Program-made: the position numbers and the translations under genes
From: a virus
UHGV virus genome: UHGV-0157498
Strand: one strand, 5' to 3'
Length of the DNA stretch: 42,984 bases
In this document: positions 18,026 through 27,411 of the stretch, one piece after another
Numbering within the stretch: position 1 is the first letter of the stretch
Layout of the letters: each line of letters begins with the position of its first letter
The notes under the pieces: model-generated
Told to the model about the DNA's origin: nothing
Database searches by the model: none
What the model saw: only the letters and a program-made list of their open reading frames with translations

Positions 18026-21021
18026 CCTCCGATCACCTCCAGATCATATCCTTGCCTGCTTGCTTCCGATAAGAAATCCTGCAGTGTAGCTTGCGCCAGA
18101 TCTACCCCGTTTACCTGCAAGACAATTTTCGCCGTTCTAAATCCGCCGCCGCTCTCTGCCATTACCTCCGATACAGCTTGTTTGATTGTGCCTATCGGCG
18201 CTTCGATGTTGGTCTGCCCTGCCCGCTGGTCGCCCAGAATCGCCAGGAACGGGTTGCCGCCACGGATTACCGAGCCAGATGCAAGAGCTGGGATATCCCG
18301 CAGGGTACGAGATGCAAAGCTTTCGTTTATGGCATACGGCTGCGTGGACATTGTTCGCGGCTTCGATGATCCGCCACCAGTAAATGCGTTTTTGATACCG
18401 CTGCCGATGTTCTTGATTTCCTCTATAACGCCTGCAATCATGTCGCTAACCCATGTAAAGAAGCCGGACAAGAACGCCTTTATAGAATCCACGACGCCTT
18501 CTACTTTGGTTTTAAAAATCGTGAAGATTTCCTGCGCGGTATTCCATGCGCCCTTCCAGTCTCCATCAATCAGCTGCTTAACAACTTTTACAAACAGACG
18601 AAATACAGTTTTCATGATGTCAATAATACTTTTTATCTTATTCCAGAAATCTTTGAACGTATCCCAAGCAACCGCCCACGCCTCTTTCCAAAATTCTAAA
18701 CAATCGTTTATAAACGTCATAAAGGTTGTAAAACCGTCAACAATCGTCTTAATTCCAAGTATAATAAACTCTAACAGCACCCCTAATCCTTGCACCAAGA
18801 ATGGCACTGCGTAGGTCATAATCCAGTCAACAATCGGTTGCAAAATACTCTCCCAAAAAGATTTTAAAATATCCGCAACCAACCCAACTCCTCTTATTAT
18901 AGCTTCCCAAGCCGGCAGAAAAGACTGCGTAAGAAGCTCTGATATTCTAGTCCCGATTCTGTCGATAACTGGCTGAATGTGTGTATTCCATGCGGTTAAA
19001 AAATGGTTGACAACCTCTGAAAGCCCGCTCGTTAAACTATCAAATAATGGCTTTATATGAGCGTCGTACATTGCATTCAGGCTATCAAACGCTTTATCTA
19101 CAGCCGTCTTAAATCCTTCCAGAACGGTAGCTGCGCCACCTAATAACCCCTCCAGTGCAGTCTTGAACCCGTCAGCATTTTCTGTAAACGGTACAATAAG
19201 CATTTGTAAAAAGTCCCGCCCCAGTTTAAGCGCAAGTTCAGTCAGCCCCATAGCTGCATCCGCAATGCTTCCTATCAGCGCCGATACAAAGCGGATCCCG
19301 TTTTCGCTTGCAAATGCTTCAAATACATAGGCTATACTTTGGAACAAATCCGCCAGAAGGAGGTTTATATCTGCCCCCACGTTAAATGCGGATATCAGGA
19401 ATTTTTTTATCCGGTCGGTATTGTTTTCAAGATAGTCCCCCATCCCGCCGATTAAAGCCGCCGCTAGAGTAAGCCCTATACTCGCCAGTGAGCCGGTAAA
19501 GGAACCCAACATATACATAAAAGTTTTAAGGAAGTTGTCAGCAGCCCCTACAACCGCAGGATCTGACCATATCTCTATCCATGCATCGCAGATTTGCTGA
19601 AGCCCATTTTTGATAATATCTAAGCGGTATTCAAAATCACCCAAGCCATCCCAGAAGCCTTCCGCAAAAGCATCTTTTAACTCTTTTACATAGTCAAGAA
19701 TAGGTTTCAGATTCTCCAAAATCCCATCAAGCCAAGACTTCACTCCTGCATCAATAGGGACTTCCTCGAACATGTCTTTCGGCTGTGTTCCACCTCCACC
19801 GCCGCCGGAATCATCCTGCTTTTGCAGCACATCCAGGTCGTCAAATTTTGCCAGAGCTCCGGCTGCCTTTTTTGCCGCAGCTGCTGTTCCATTCAGGGAA
19901 TCGTTGTAAGAATCCTGTATCTTTTTCGCTCGGATGAACGTGCTTTTCCCGCCAAGGATGGCAATAAACTGCGCCACATATGTTATTGCCCGCGCTATTC
20001 CGTTTATAAGCGCATTGAGATACGGAATTACCATCTGGACAATTGGCGCAAAGGCAGCAGCAAACGCATTCCCAAGTGTAGCCAGTGAATTTTTTAGAGA
20101 CTGAAATGAATTTGCCAACGGAGCAGAATACTTTGCAAGGTTTGAAAACCCCTTTTGCATTCCAGCTACCATTGCATTAAATGCTTTTGTAATCCAGTTG
20201 AATATCAACAGCGATAATGCGATTCCTTTCAGCCTTGACGCAAAGGTGCCGAACAGCCCCGCGCTTTTTTTCGCGCCGGACGAAGCTGTTTTAAATGCTT
20301 TATCGGCAGAACGCTTCATCCGATCGAATTCTTTTTTGATGGGCTTCTGCTTCGCGTTAAGTTCTGCCAGCCTGCGCTTTGAAACATCTATGTTCCCAGC
20401 AAGCTGTGACGCCTTTACAGACATCTTCTGAAATTCTTCTGTATCTTTTGGGGATACAAACGCGTTACCGGATGCTTTCTCCGCGTTTATTTTTTCCTTG
20501 ATTTCATCTACTTTTTGAGCCGCTTCATCCAGTTGAGCCTTGTCCACCTTCGGGGTATACGCCTTTCCACTGTTCTCCATCTGCTGAAGCTTTTCTTTCA
20601 GATCATCTACACGGTCGGATGCGGCTGCAACCTGTTCATTTAGTACGTCCCATGCGCCGCCGGTTTGAGGTACCCCCATGTTTTCCCAGTCTGTCTGACG
20701 TGCTACAAGCTTAGACAGCTCTCCTTGCGCCGCAACGAGGTCTTTCTGTAAAGCTTTATACTCAGACGTTGCCGCCCCCTTTTGTGACATACGGGCCTGC
20801 AGTTTTGAATACTCGGATTCTGCCTTTTCTAACTCTCTTTGTAATTCTGCAAATTTTTCTGTCGGGATTTTCTTTTGCGAAAATTCTTCCATTTTGCGAT
20901 TGAGAGAATCTAAAGCCGCGCTGTCTTTTTTTATGGCATTAGACACGCGCATCATCTGGCTGTTTAAATCTTTTGTTTCAATTTTTGTGTTTATCCGTAT
21001 CGAACCGTCATATTTCGGCAT
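18022..21021 (-). CDS. tape measure protein
   Basis: 999 aa helical, 11-residue W/F periodic repeats, IPALASG motif. Confidence 0.9.
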   Translation of the reverse strand: MPKYDGSIRINTKIETKDLNSQMMRVSNAIKKDSAALDSLNRKMEEFSQKKIPTEKFAELQRELEKAESEYSKLQARMSQKGAATSEYKALQKDLVAAQGELSKLVARQTDWENMGVPQTGGAWDVLNEQVAAASDRVDDLKEKLQQMENSGKAYTPKVDKAQLDEAAQKVDEIKEKINAEKASGNAFVSPKDTEEFQKMSVKASQLAGNIDVSKRRLAELNAKQKPIKKEFDRMKRSADKAFKTASSGAKKSAGLFGTFASRLKGIALSLLIFNWITKAFNAMVAGMQKGFSNLAKYSAPLANSFQSLKNSLATLGNAFAAAFAPIVQMVIPYLNALINGIARAITYVAQFIAILGGKSTFIRAKKIQDSYNDSLNGTAAAAKKAAGALAKFDDLDVLQKQDDSGGGGGGTQPKDMFEEVPIDAGVKSWLDGILENLKPILDYVKELKDAFAEGFWDGLGDFEYRLDIIKNGLQQICDAWIEIWSDPAVVGAADNFLKTFMYMLGSFTGSLASIGLTLAAALIGGMGDYLENNTDRIKKFLISAFNVGADINLLLADLFQSIAYVFEAFASENGIRFVSALIGSIADAAMGLTELALKLGRDFLQMLIVPFTENADGFKTALEGLLGGAATVLEGFKTAVDKAFDSLNAMYDAHIKPLFDSLTSGLSEVVNHFLTAWNTHIQPVIDRIGTRISELLTQSFLPAWEAIIRGVGLVADILKSFWESILQPIVDWIMTYAVPFLVQGLGVLLEFIILGIKTIVDGFTTFMTFINDCLEFWKEAWAVAWDTFKDFWNKIKSIIDIMKTVFRLFVKVVKQLIDGDWKGAWNTAQEIFTIFKTKVEGVVDSIKAFLSGFFTWVSDMIAGVIEEIKNIGSGIKNAFTGGGSSKPRTMSTQPYAINESFASRTLRDIPALASGSVIRGGNPFLAILGDQRAGQTNIEAPIGTIKQAVSEVMAESGGGFRTAKIVLQVNGVDLAQATLQDFLSEASRQGYDLEVIGG

Positions 21022-21022
21022 A

Positions 21023-21610
21023 TCAGCCTCCTACCTTGATCCATTTCATAAAAGCGTCAACGTCTTCCTGTTCCTCTTCTGTCAGTTCCTCTTCCCGCTC
21101 TATTGCAAATATTTGTTTCTGCTCCTGCAATGCCTGTTTTGCACGCGTGTCCATCTTAGGGTCTATTTTCTGCTGCCGGATGGCTATGACGTTCGTGTAT
21201 GCGCATTCACCGAGCGTTGACAGCAGTCCCATGAACGCCCAGTAGTGCATGTCAGACCGGTTCAGGTCGATTCCGTACTTCTCCAGAAATGCTGAATAGA
21301 TGCGCCACTGGTCTATGTCAAAATCTGTTACCGGAACTTTGTCCTCATTCTTCGGGCGGTTGTCGGTATACCACCCGCTCAGAAACCACCTAAGGCCATC
21401 CACGGCAGTTTTTAAATCGGGTAAAGAAGAAGGGCTGCCGTCCCCATCCTCTGACGGATACAGCAGCCCCAGCGCTACAGCCAACCTTTCATCGTCTGAC
21501 AGGTCCGGATCTTGCAAAGCCTGTGAAATCTGGATCCCTGTCTGGAAGGCTTCGTCTATGCGGAAACCCTCATATTCTGTTGGAAATTTATCAAGCAGCA
21601 CATTCCACAT
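21023..21610 (-). CDS. A118 gp15-like tail assembly chaperone
   Basis: DFDIDQWRIYSAFLEKYGIDL...MHYWAFMGLL. Confidence 0.8.
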   Translation of the reverse strand: MWNVLLDKFPTEYEGFRIDEAFQTGIQISQALQDPDLSDDERLAVALGLLYPSEDGDGSPSSLPDLKTAVDGLRWFLSGWYTDNRPKNEDKVPVTDFDIDQWRIYSAFLEKYGIDLNRSDMHYWAFMGLLSTLGECAYTNVIAIRQQKIDPKMDTRAKQALQEQKQIFAIEREEELTEEEQEDVDAFMKWIKVGG

Positions 21611-22033
21611 TTAATTGCTTCGCGCCCCTTTCCTGTTCGGGCTGTATTTGCTTGTGATTTTCTGATTTCGTTCAGTGGCGAAGCCCTGAAGAATCGGTAT
21701 GATCTGGTCTAAAAAGTCCGCGATAAGCTCCATTCCCGGGGAATCCACGTCAGGGAACACCTTTTTGCAACACCCGCTCCCAAACAGAGAATCCAACTCA
21801 GCGCAGGCCTCTTTGCATAAAGCGTCATACGCTCCGAAGCGTTCCGTGAAATCACCGGAAGAATCATTAGCAATCCTATCGGCTTCCTCGTTTTTTGCAT
21901 TCAGCCATGCCACAAAATCGTCAAAACGCTTAAAAAAACTGTTGTCAGAGATGTTGACCGCAATATAATCGCCGTTGTCGTTGACCTCAATGCGTTTGAC
22001 GCCACTGTCTACTCGTAAACTTGCTGCTCCCAT
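21611..22033 (-). CDS. tail assembly chaperone
   Basis: position, LDSLFGSGCCKKVF. Confidence 0.7.
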   Translation of the reverse strand: MGAASLRVDSGVKRIEVNDNGDYIAVNISDNSFFKRFDDFVAWLNAKNEEADRIANDSSGDFTERFGAYDALCKEACAELDSLFGSGCCKKVFPDVDSPGMELIADFLDQIIPILQGFATERNQKITSKYSPNRKGARSN

Positions 22034-22043
22034 CTTGTCCTCC

Positions 22044-22556
22044 TTATTCCGTTAAAGCCCTGTCAGACGCGGGCGTCGCCGTGAATTTTCTTGTGGTTAC
22101 GTTAAACTTTCCAGCTTCTCCGTCACCTCTGCCACCCAGAGTCAGTGTATCTGTCACGTTTGACCCTGCATCGCCACCTGTGCCACCTACACTCACAACG
22201 CAGCGACGGCGGACTGCCGGATATTCAGGTCCAGCGCCGGAAACTCTCACGCGGACATAGGATGTTATGGCATCAGCTCCGACGGGCAGCGTGTCTATCA
22301 TCTTGTTAAACCAGTCTGTAAGATCCTGATCCTCTTCGTCTACGTTCTGCCTTTCAACTTCGATGGACGGCGTATAGGATTTAAGGTCCGTAGATCCGTT
22401 TTCCTGATTGATGTACTGTACCGTCTCCGTCTCGGGGTTCATTTCCTCCGTTAAAGAGGTAATACCCGTTCCCAGAAGCCGGTAGTCTGCCGCTGTCCCC
22501 TCAGAGGTCGTGTCCATTTTTACATCGACAAAATGTCTCAACAAATGTCTTTTCAT
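22044..22556 (-). CDS. major tail protein
   Basis: LLGTGITSLTEEMNPETETVQYI; position. Confidence 0.8.
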   Translation of the reverse strand: MKRHLLRHFVDVKMDTTSEGTAADYRLLGTGITSLTEEMNPETETVQYINQENGSTDLKSYTPSIEVERQNVDEEDQDLTDWFNKMIDTLPVGADAITSYVRVRVSGAGPEYPAVRRRCVVSVGGTGGDAGSNVTDTLTLGGRGDGEAGKFNVTTRKFTATPASDRALTE

Positions 22557-22571
22557 TGCTTTTTTCCTTTC

Positions 22572-23075
22572 TTAAATTTCAGGCTCGATAACATTTTTAT
22601 AAAAAACCGTAACCGGTAGAACCCAGTCCTGCACGCCATTCTCCTGCGGCTGTGTCCCATATGCGTTTCCGCGTGTTACCCGCTCAACCCTCCGCCCTGC
22701 GGTCAGATCTGGGTATACCGCTTTTTCGTACTCTTTCCCTTCAATCCCGGAGGGTTCGTGGCAAAGCCAGCGCCCCAGCGTGTCCAGGAATTCCAGAATA
22801 GTGATTTTCTGCCGTTCTCTTGCTCCCGTGGTCGAACGGTATACTACAAAGCAGGGATACCGGCATTCCTGATATATCCGCCCGAGTATATCTTCTTTTT
22901 CTGTATACACCAGTGCCCCGGAATCATTGGAAAACGCAATGCCATCCTCAGACCCGAGCTCTTCGAATTTAATTACTTCATCCGGATACAGCCCCGGAAA
23001 CTGGTTAAGCAGCGACTTCATTGCCGCCGTCAAAACATCATAGCCGGTAGCATCATTCCCGATAGGTTCAGCCAC
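22572..23075 (-). CDS. tail terminator-like protein
   Basis: position before MTP. Confidence 0.6.
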   Translation of the reverse strand: MAEPIGNDATGYDVLTAAMKSLLNQFPGLYPDEVIKFEELGSEDGIAFSNDSGALVYTEKEDILGRIYQECRYPCFVVYRSTTGARERQKITILEFLDTLGRWLCHEPSGIEGKEYEKAVYPDLTAGRRVERVTRGNAYGTQPQENGVQDWVLPVTVFYKNVIEPEI

Positions 23076-23084
23076 TTTCACCAC

Positions 23085-23558
23085 CTACTTCCCTAAGATT
23101 TCAAAATGCGGGATTACCGTATACGGTCCTCCCACTGACGATATCAGGTAAACAAAATCTTTTTCGGCATTCATAAACGCATAAAACCCTTCATATCGCC
23201 TGTCTGTATAATCTGCATCGTTCACGAGTACGGCACCGTCCCATGCTCCTACCATGAAAAAGTCTGTAGACGGATTAAATGTAATGCTGTCTGGCAACAG
23301 ATCATTTACCTGTCTGTTCCATTCCTTCGGCGGAAGCCACGGCAATTCTTTTCCGACGGTATCAACAATAATTTTTCTCCCGTTCTTAACCCCGAACGGG
23401 ATATGTAACTGTGCGTTATCTGTGCTGTCTGTCCCGTACAGTTTCATGATCTGCCCCCGATCAGTCTCAAGATGCACGCCGGAAAGCACATGGGGATACC
23501 AGATGGCGGCAGTGCTGGATTCGTAAAAATTGAATATTGTCACTATCGCATCATTCAT
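23085..23558 (-). CDS. head closure/neck protein
   Basis: VTIFN...IPHFEILGK. Confidence 0.6.
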   Translation of the reverse strand: MNDAIVTIFNFYESSTAAIWYPHVLSGVHLETDRGQIMKLYGTDSTDNAQLHIPFGVKNGRKIIVDTVGKELPWLPPKEWNRQVNDLLPDSITFNPSTDFFMVGAWDGAVLVNDADYTDRRYEGFYAFMNAEKDFVYLISSVGGPYTVIPHFEILGK

Positions 23559-24201
23559 CGGTATCCCTCATTTCACAAAGAGCTTCGTTAAATTTATCCG
23601 TAAACGCCCGGATTCTCACGATATTTCCCATGCATTCCTCTGGCACAGAACCGTAAAAGATGATCGTCTCCGGCTGCAACCGCCTCACCATTTCTTCATA
23701 CCCTGCCAAAAACAGCGCCTTTTTTTCCTTGCTGTTCATGCAGCCAACAGAAGATACCGCCACCGTTCCACCCTCTGGCTCCCCATCGAAACACCAGTCA
23801 TAAGAATCCGGTGTACTCCATGAGATGGTTGGGATAACTTGTATTCCTGCCTCCTGCATATACGCCGCACACCAGTGTTTGCGGTAGTGGTTGTATATCT
23901 GCATGACCTTAGGAAAATCTGTATAGGTAGAGAAATCCGGAGACATTACATAGCGGAATCTTTGAAGCATCGGGATATACCGGTCTATGTTTGACCACAG
24001 GCGGCAAAACTGGTAATCATCCAAAAAGAAATGAACGCCTTTTCCCTCGCAATCCTTGGTACTCTTTGCATAATTGAATCCGATCCAGTCACAACCGCCC
24101 TCATAGGCTACTGGCTCTATCTGCGGTATGCCATATTCACCCACGCCGTCAAATAGCCGGCGCTCCAGATTTTCATAATTACGGCAGTTTCTGTAATTCA
24201 T
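23551..24201 (-). CDS. DUF4417 family protein (intact)
   Basis: VHFFLDDYQF, SPDFSTY.D.P...QIYNHYRKHW, VIPTISW, WCFDGEP. Confidence 0.85.
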   Translation of the reverse strand: MNYRNCRNYENLERRLFDGVGEYGIPQIEPVAYEGGCDWIGFNYAKSTKDCEGKGVHFFLDDYQFCRLWSNIDRYIPMLQRFRYVMSPDFSTYTDFPKVMQIYNHYRKHWCAAYMQEAGIQVIPTISWSTPDSYDWCFDGEPEGGTVAVSSVGCMNSKEKKALFLAGYEEMVRRLQPETIIFYGSVPEECMGNIVRIRAFTDKFNEALCEMRDTDE

Positions 24202-24645
24202 TATGAATACCAATACTTTCCACGTTTTGATTTCCTATAATACCGTTTTCCGTCAACTATAATTTCCAATTTTCCAGAATTGGCGGCTGCTTGCATCTGC
24301 AGCTTTGCCCGCTAAACTTCCGCTTCTTTGTCCTTGTGTAAGCCTCGCAGGGCCGCTTACATATGGATTTACAGCAGCCGCGGAAGCTTTTAATGCTGCG
24401 GTTGAAAGCTTTGCCATTTCGTCAATAGCGTCTTTTTTTTCTTGACTAGACAGTTCAAAATTGTTTATTTCCTTAGAATTGCTTAAAAACATTCTTTTTA
24501 TAATGTCTCCCATGTCCGTAATAGAAGCATCATTTGCCCGTCTAATATCGTCTTGATTTAAGAATTTGAATATGCTCATACTTCTTCCGCCATATTCAAG
24601 TTTTGTTCCCGAAACCAGACCGCCTGCTGCACCGCGTCCGCCCAT
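24201..24645 (-). pseudogene. MGGRG-N-terminus protein, apparently frameshifted near 24290
   Basis: frame 0 stops at 24253; the +1 frame continues AAANSGKLEIIVDGKRYYRKSKRGKYWYS* and ends in a TAATG overlap with DUF4417. Confidence 0.6.
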
Positions 24646-24649
24646 AAAA

Positions 24650-24916
24650 TCACGCTTTCTTTGCCTGCTTGTATACCTGGTTTACTCCTGTGGCCGCCAG
24701 CCCGGACACCATGCCCACCGCCGCAGCATTGATATAGTCCGTCGCCGGGAAGTCCGGCATGATGTTCATTCCCAGCGCACCCAGAAGGCCGCCGCATACC
24801 GCCATAATGACCGGAATCCACTCATCCGGGATTTTCTGCGCCGCCTTACAGCCCAGACCGATAACATAGCAGATAGCCACGATGGCCACACAAGTTCCTA
24901 ATGTCGTAATGTCCAT
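24650..24916 (-). CDS. holin-like protein (3 TM) in neck region
   Basis: IPDEWIPVIMAVCGGLLG...GMVSGLAATGVNQVYKQ. Confidence 0.75.
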   Translation of the reverse strand: MDITTLGTCVAIVAICYVIGLGCKAAQKIPDEWIPVIMAVCGGLLGALGMNIMPDFPATDYINAAAVGMVSGLAATGVNQVYKQAKKA

Positions 24917-24919
24917 GAG

Positions 24920-24979
24920 TTAATCCTCCTGTTTAACCACAATCTTTTTGCATAAAGCTAAAAATTTATTGTTACCCAT
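24920..24979 (-). pseudogene. N-terminal remnant of DUF6275-like gene
   Basis: MGNNKFLALCKKIVV resembles MGSKEFLEKSKQIVA at 12642. Confidence 0.45.
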
Positions 24980-24981
24980 TT

Positions 24982-25479
24982 CTACCTTATTCCTGCGTAC
25001 AACAACGGTACGCCATCATCATTTTTCACTCCTGCCAGATAAAGCATTGCCGCATCTGCCAGAAGCTTGTTTGTCTCCTGTGCATCCCCGGCCGCCTGGT
25101 AGACCGCGCTCCATGCCTTTGCGCCGTTTGCCATTTCGGACGGGGAAGCGTAGGAAATTGATTCAGAACCGGCAGACTTGGAAGTAATTACTCCCGAAGT
25201 AACACCGCCAGCCCCGCCGGAAGATGTCCCCCCGGCAGCGGCAGATAGCGCCTGTTTATCTGCCAGCTCCAGTTGATATAACTTATCACAGACCGCACAC
25301 ACGGCCTTCTGTACCTTTGTCGCCGCCCTTTCATCAGACGGTAAGCCGTCAGCCAATCGGTCAAAGGTTATCACGTCCAGAAAGTCACTGGCGCGGTCTG
25401 CGATACGATCAAAGTCCTCCGCCGGGACGACATTCCCGTGGTAGATCTGTTCATAAAATGTAAATGTCGTGTATGCCAT
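24982..25479 (-). CDS. head-tail connector/adaptor
   Basis: MAYTTFTFY...RASDFLD.ITF...SESISY...LLYAG. Confidence 0.8.
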   Translation of the reverse strand: MAYTTFTFYEQIYHGNVVPAEDFDRIADRASDFLDVITFDRLADGLPSDERAATKVQKAVCAVCDKLYQLELADKQALSAAAGGTSSGGAGGVTSGVITSKSAGSESISYASPSEMANGAKAWSAVYQAAGDAQETNKLLADAAMLYLAGVKNDDGVPLLYAGIR

Positions 25480-25566
25480 CCCGTCGGCCTCCTTATCTCC
25501 TACTCTTCCGTCTTGTTTCCCCGGAAAGCGGTTCGCCGTCAGTATTCAGGGGTGTACTGGCGGCCA

Positions 25567-26457
25567 TCAACCCCCCGCATTTACGGTGATTTTCGCGATA
25601 CCATCCAGGTATTCCGCAAACAGCACAAGGCCGGTGATCGCAAACGCCTCAGACACGGCGGTGTTGTAGTTGCCCTGTGTGTGGAAACCGATCAGATTCG
25701 TTTCTCCGCTGGTCGTGTACACAAGTCCTGCCTTCGCGAAGTCGCTGTCGTTGGGGTCGATGTAATACATCACGATGTTTTCCACCGGTGTAGCGATTAC
25801 CGTATCAGCCGGAATCTCGCTGTCAGAAAGGAGGAAAATTGTATTGAACCCCATAAAATCCTTCAGGTACTGGAAGCCGAACTGATTCTGGATGGTGATG
25901 TTCGCTGCTCCGAGATACTTGTACACGTCAAGGATGTTCACAAAACCGACAACCCCGGTGATGTTCCGGTGCATCTGCTTAAACTTGTTCTCAACCTTGC
26001 CCTTTGCCATCGCAAGTGCCATCTGGAAGGTTGTTTCCTCGGACGTGAGCGTTCCGGTTTTCAGATAGTCGTAAAACTTCTTTGTCACGCCCGCCTGAAG
26101 CTGATAGAGGAACTCGTCGTCAGTCATCTGGACAGCGTTGTCATAACCGTGGTCTTTGATTGCTTCAATCGAAACGGCCTTCGCGTACTTCTCGATGGTC
26201 ATTTCCTGATACTTCTTTTCCTTTACGGTAAATTTGCTATACGGGATATCCTCGCCTTCGCCTACTGCACCATCCTCGAGCGTCCCCTCCGCATATTTAC
26301 TTTTCAGCACTGCGCCGGGCTGCTTCTTTATGGGGCGCATGATCCCCAAGATGTCCCGCAGATGCTGCCAGTTGCGCTCGAATCTGGTTACAAAATCCAG
26401 CTCTCTTGCGGTTACCTGGACATCCGCTGTTTTAATCAAATTTGCTTTTGCTGGCAT
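25567..26457 (-). CDS. major capsid protein
   Basis: VGEGEDIPYSK, KYAKAVSIEAI, LFAEYLDGIA. Confidence 0.9.
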   Translation of the reverse strand: MPAKANLIKTADVQVTARELDFVTRFERNWQHLRDILGIMRPIKKQPGAVLKSKYAEGTLEDGAVGEGEDIPYSKFTVKEKKYQEMTIEKYAKAVSIEAIKDHGYDNAVQMTDDEFLYQLQAGVTKKFYDYLKTGTLTSEETTFQMALAMAKGKVENKFKQMHRNITGVVGFVNILDVYKYLGAANITIQNQFGFQYLKDFMGFNTIFLLSDSEIPADTVIATPVENIVMYYIDPNDSDFAKAGLVYTTSGETNLIGFHTQGNYNTAVSEAFAITGLVLFAEYLDGIAKITVNAGG

Positions 26458-26472
26458 ATTAGCCCTCCTGCT

Positions 26473-27099
26473 TTAATTAAATAAACTCATGTTCGCAGCA
26501 ATTGCAGCCTGACGCTCAGAAGCATCCTTGATGCTCATAATCTGGTCTTTCGTCAGCGCGCCGCCCTGCCCCTGCTTATTTATCGGCTGTGTAAAGCGTG
26601 CCTGATTCTGCTGTGCTTTCTGCTGCTCATCGTCAACAAATGCCGAAGCGTCCTTTTCCTTCATCTGGGTTATGAGGTCATTCAGTCCGAGGATTTTCCC
26701 GTCTTTCAGCTTTAATCCGGCCTCCTTGACTTCTGCCATAATTGCGCGTTTAGCCGCTTCGCTTGAGAATTTAATCCCTTCCTTCTTTAGAGCGTCCGAA
26801 AAATCTCTCTCATACAGTTGCGCCTGTGCGTTTTTCTCGGCATCCTCTGCCTTTTTCTTCCAATCGGCCAAATCCCTCTGCATTGTTTCAAGGTCAACGC
26901 CCTCGAAGCCTTTCAGTGTGCTTTCTGCCGTCTCAGCTTTTTCTTTCCATGTATCCCGGTCAGTCTCAACCTTTCCCAGCTTCTTTTCATGTTCAGCTTT
27001 TGTGACGTAATTTTCCGCCACCTTTTTCGTAAGGTTTTCCTTTTTGTCTGCCGAGACCTCAATCCCCAGTTCTGTCAAAATTGCTTCAATATTCTGCAT
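26473..27099 (-). CDS. capsid scaffolding protein (Phage_GP20-like)
   Basis: coiled coil, DGKILGLND, precedes MCP. Confidence 0.8.
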   Translation of the reverse strand: MQNIEAILTELGIEVSADKKENLTKKVAENYVTKAEHEKKLGKVETDRDTWKEKAETAESTLKGFEGVDLETMQRDLADWKKKAEDAEKNAQAQLYERDFSDALKKEGIKFSSEAAKRAIMAEVKEAGLKLKDGKILGLNDLITQMKEKDASAFVDDEQQKAQQNQARFTQPINKQGQGGALTKDQIMSIKDASERQAAIAANMSLFN

Positions 27100-27176
27100 C
27101 TTTATCCTCCTAAACGTGATTGATTAACCGCCCGTCAGCGGTATGGATTAAGCCCGATAAACCACGGGCGGGGTAG

Positions 27177-27249
27177 TTGTGGGAATGGGAATTGAACCCA
27201 TGACACACGGCTTATAAGGCCGCTGCTCTACCTCCTGAGCTATCCCACA
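27177..27249 (-). tRNA. tRNA-Ile, anticodon UAU, no encoded CCA
   Basis: TGTGGGA TA GCTC AGGAGGTA GAGC A GCGGC CTTATAA GCCGT GTGTC ATGGG TTCAATT CCCAT TCCCACA A. Confidence 0.9.
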
Positions 27250-27314
27250 AAGCGCCCGGGGTAGCGAACCGGGCGAAAAGCGTAATGATCGGCGCTGTCT
27301 AAACAATGCACCTA

Positions 27315-27357
27315 TACCGTGCGCCGGGGCTTGAACCCGGCTGCTTCCATGCACGGT
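27315..27357 (-). ncRNA. armless tRNA-like element (acceptor stem + T arm)
   Basis: ACCGTGC-9nt-GCCGGG TTCAAGC CCCGGC GCACGGT A. Confidence 0.55.
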
Positions 27358-27411
27358 GGCAAAAACAAAGAAAGATGGGATGGATTTTCCTGCAATTACG
27401 ATTTACAGGAT

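Noticed and set aside
21600..21640. Tail chaperone G/GT frameshift
   Set aside because: The two genes abut in the same frame with an ATG start; no clear slippery heptamer
25438..26484. Long plus-strand ORFs (also 17786-18814, 38321-39157, 9559-10320)
   Set aside because: Antisense shadows of clear minus-strand genes
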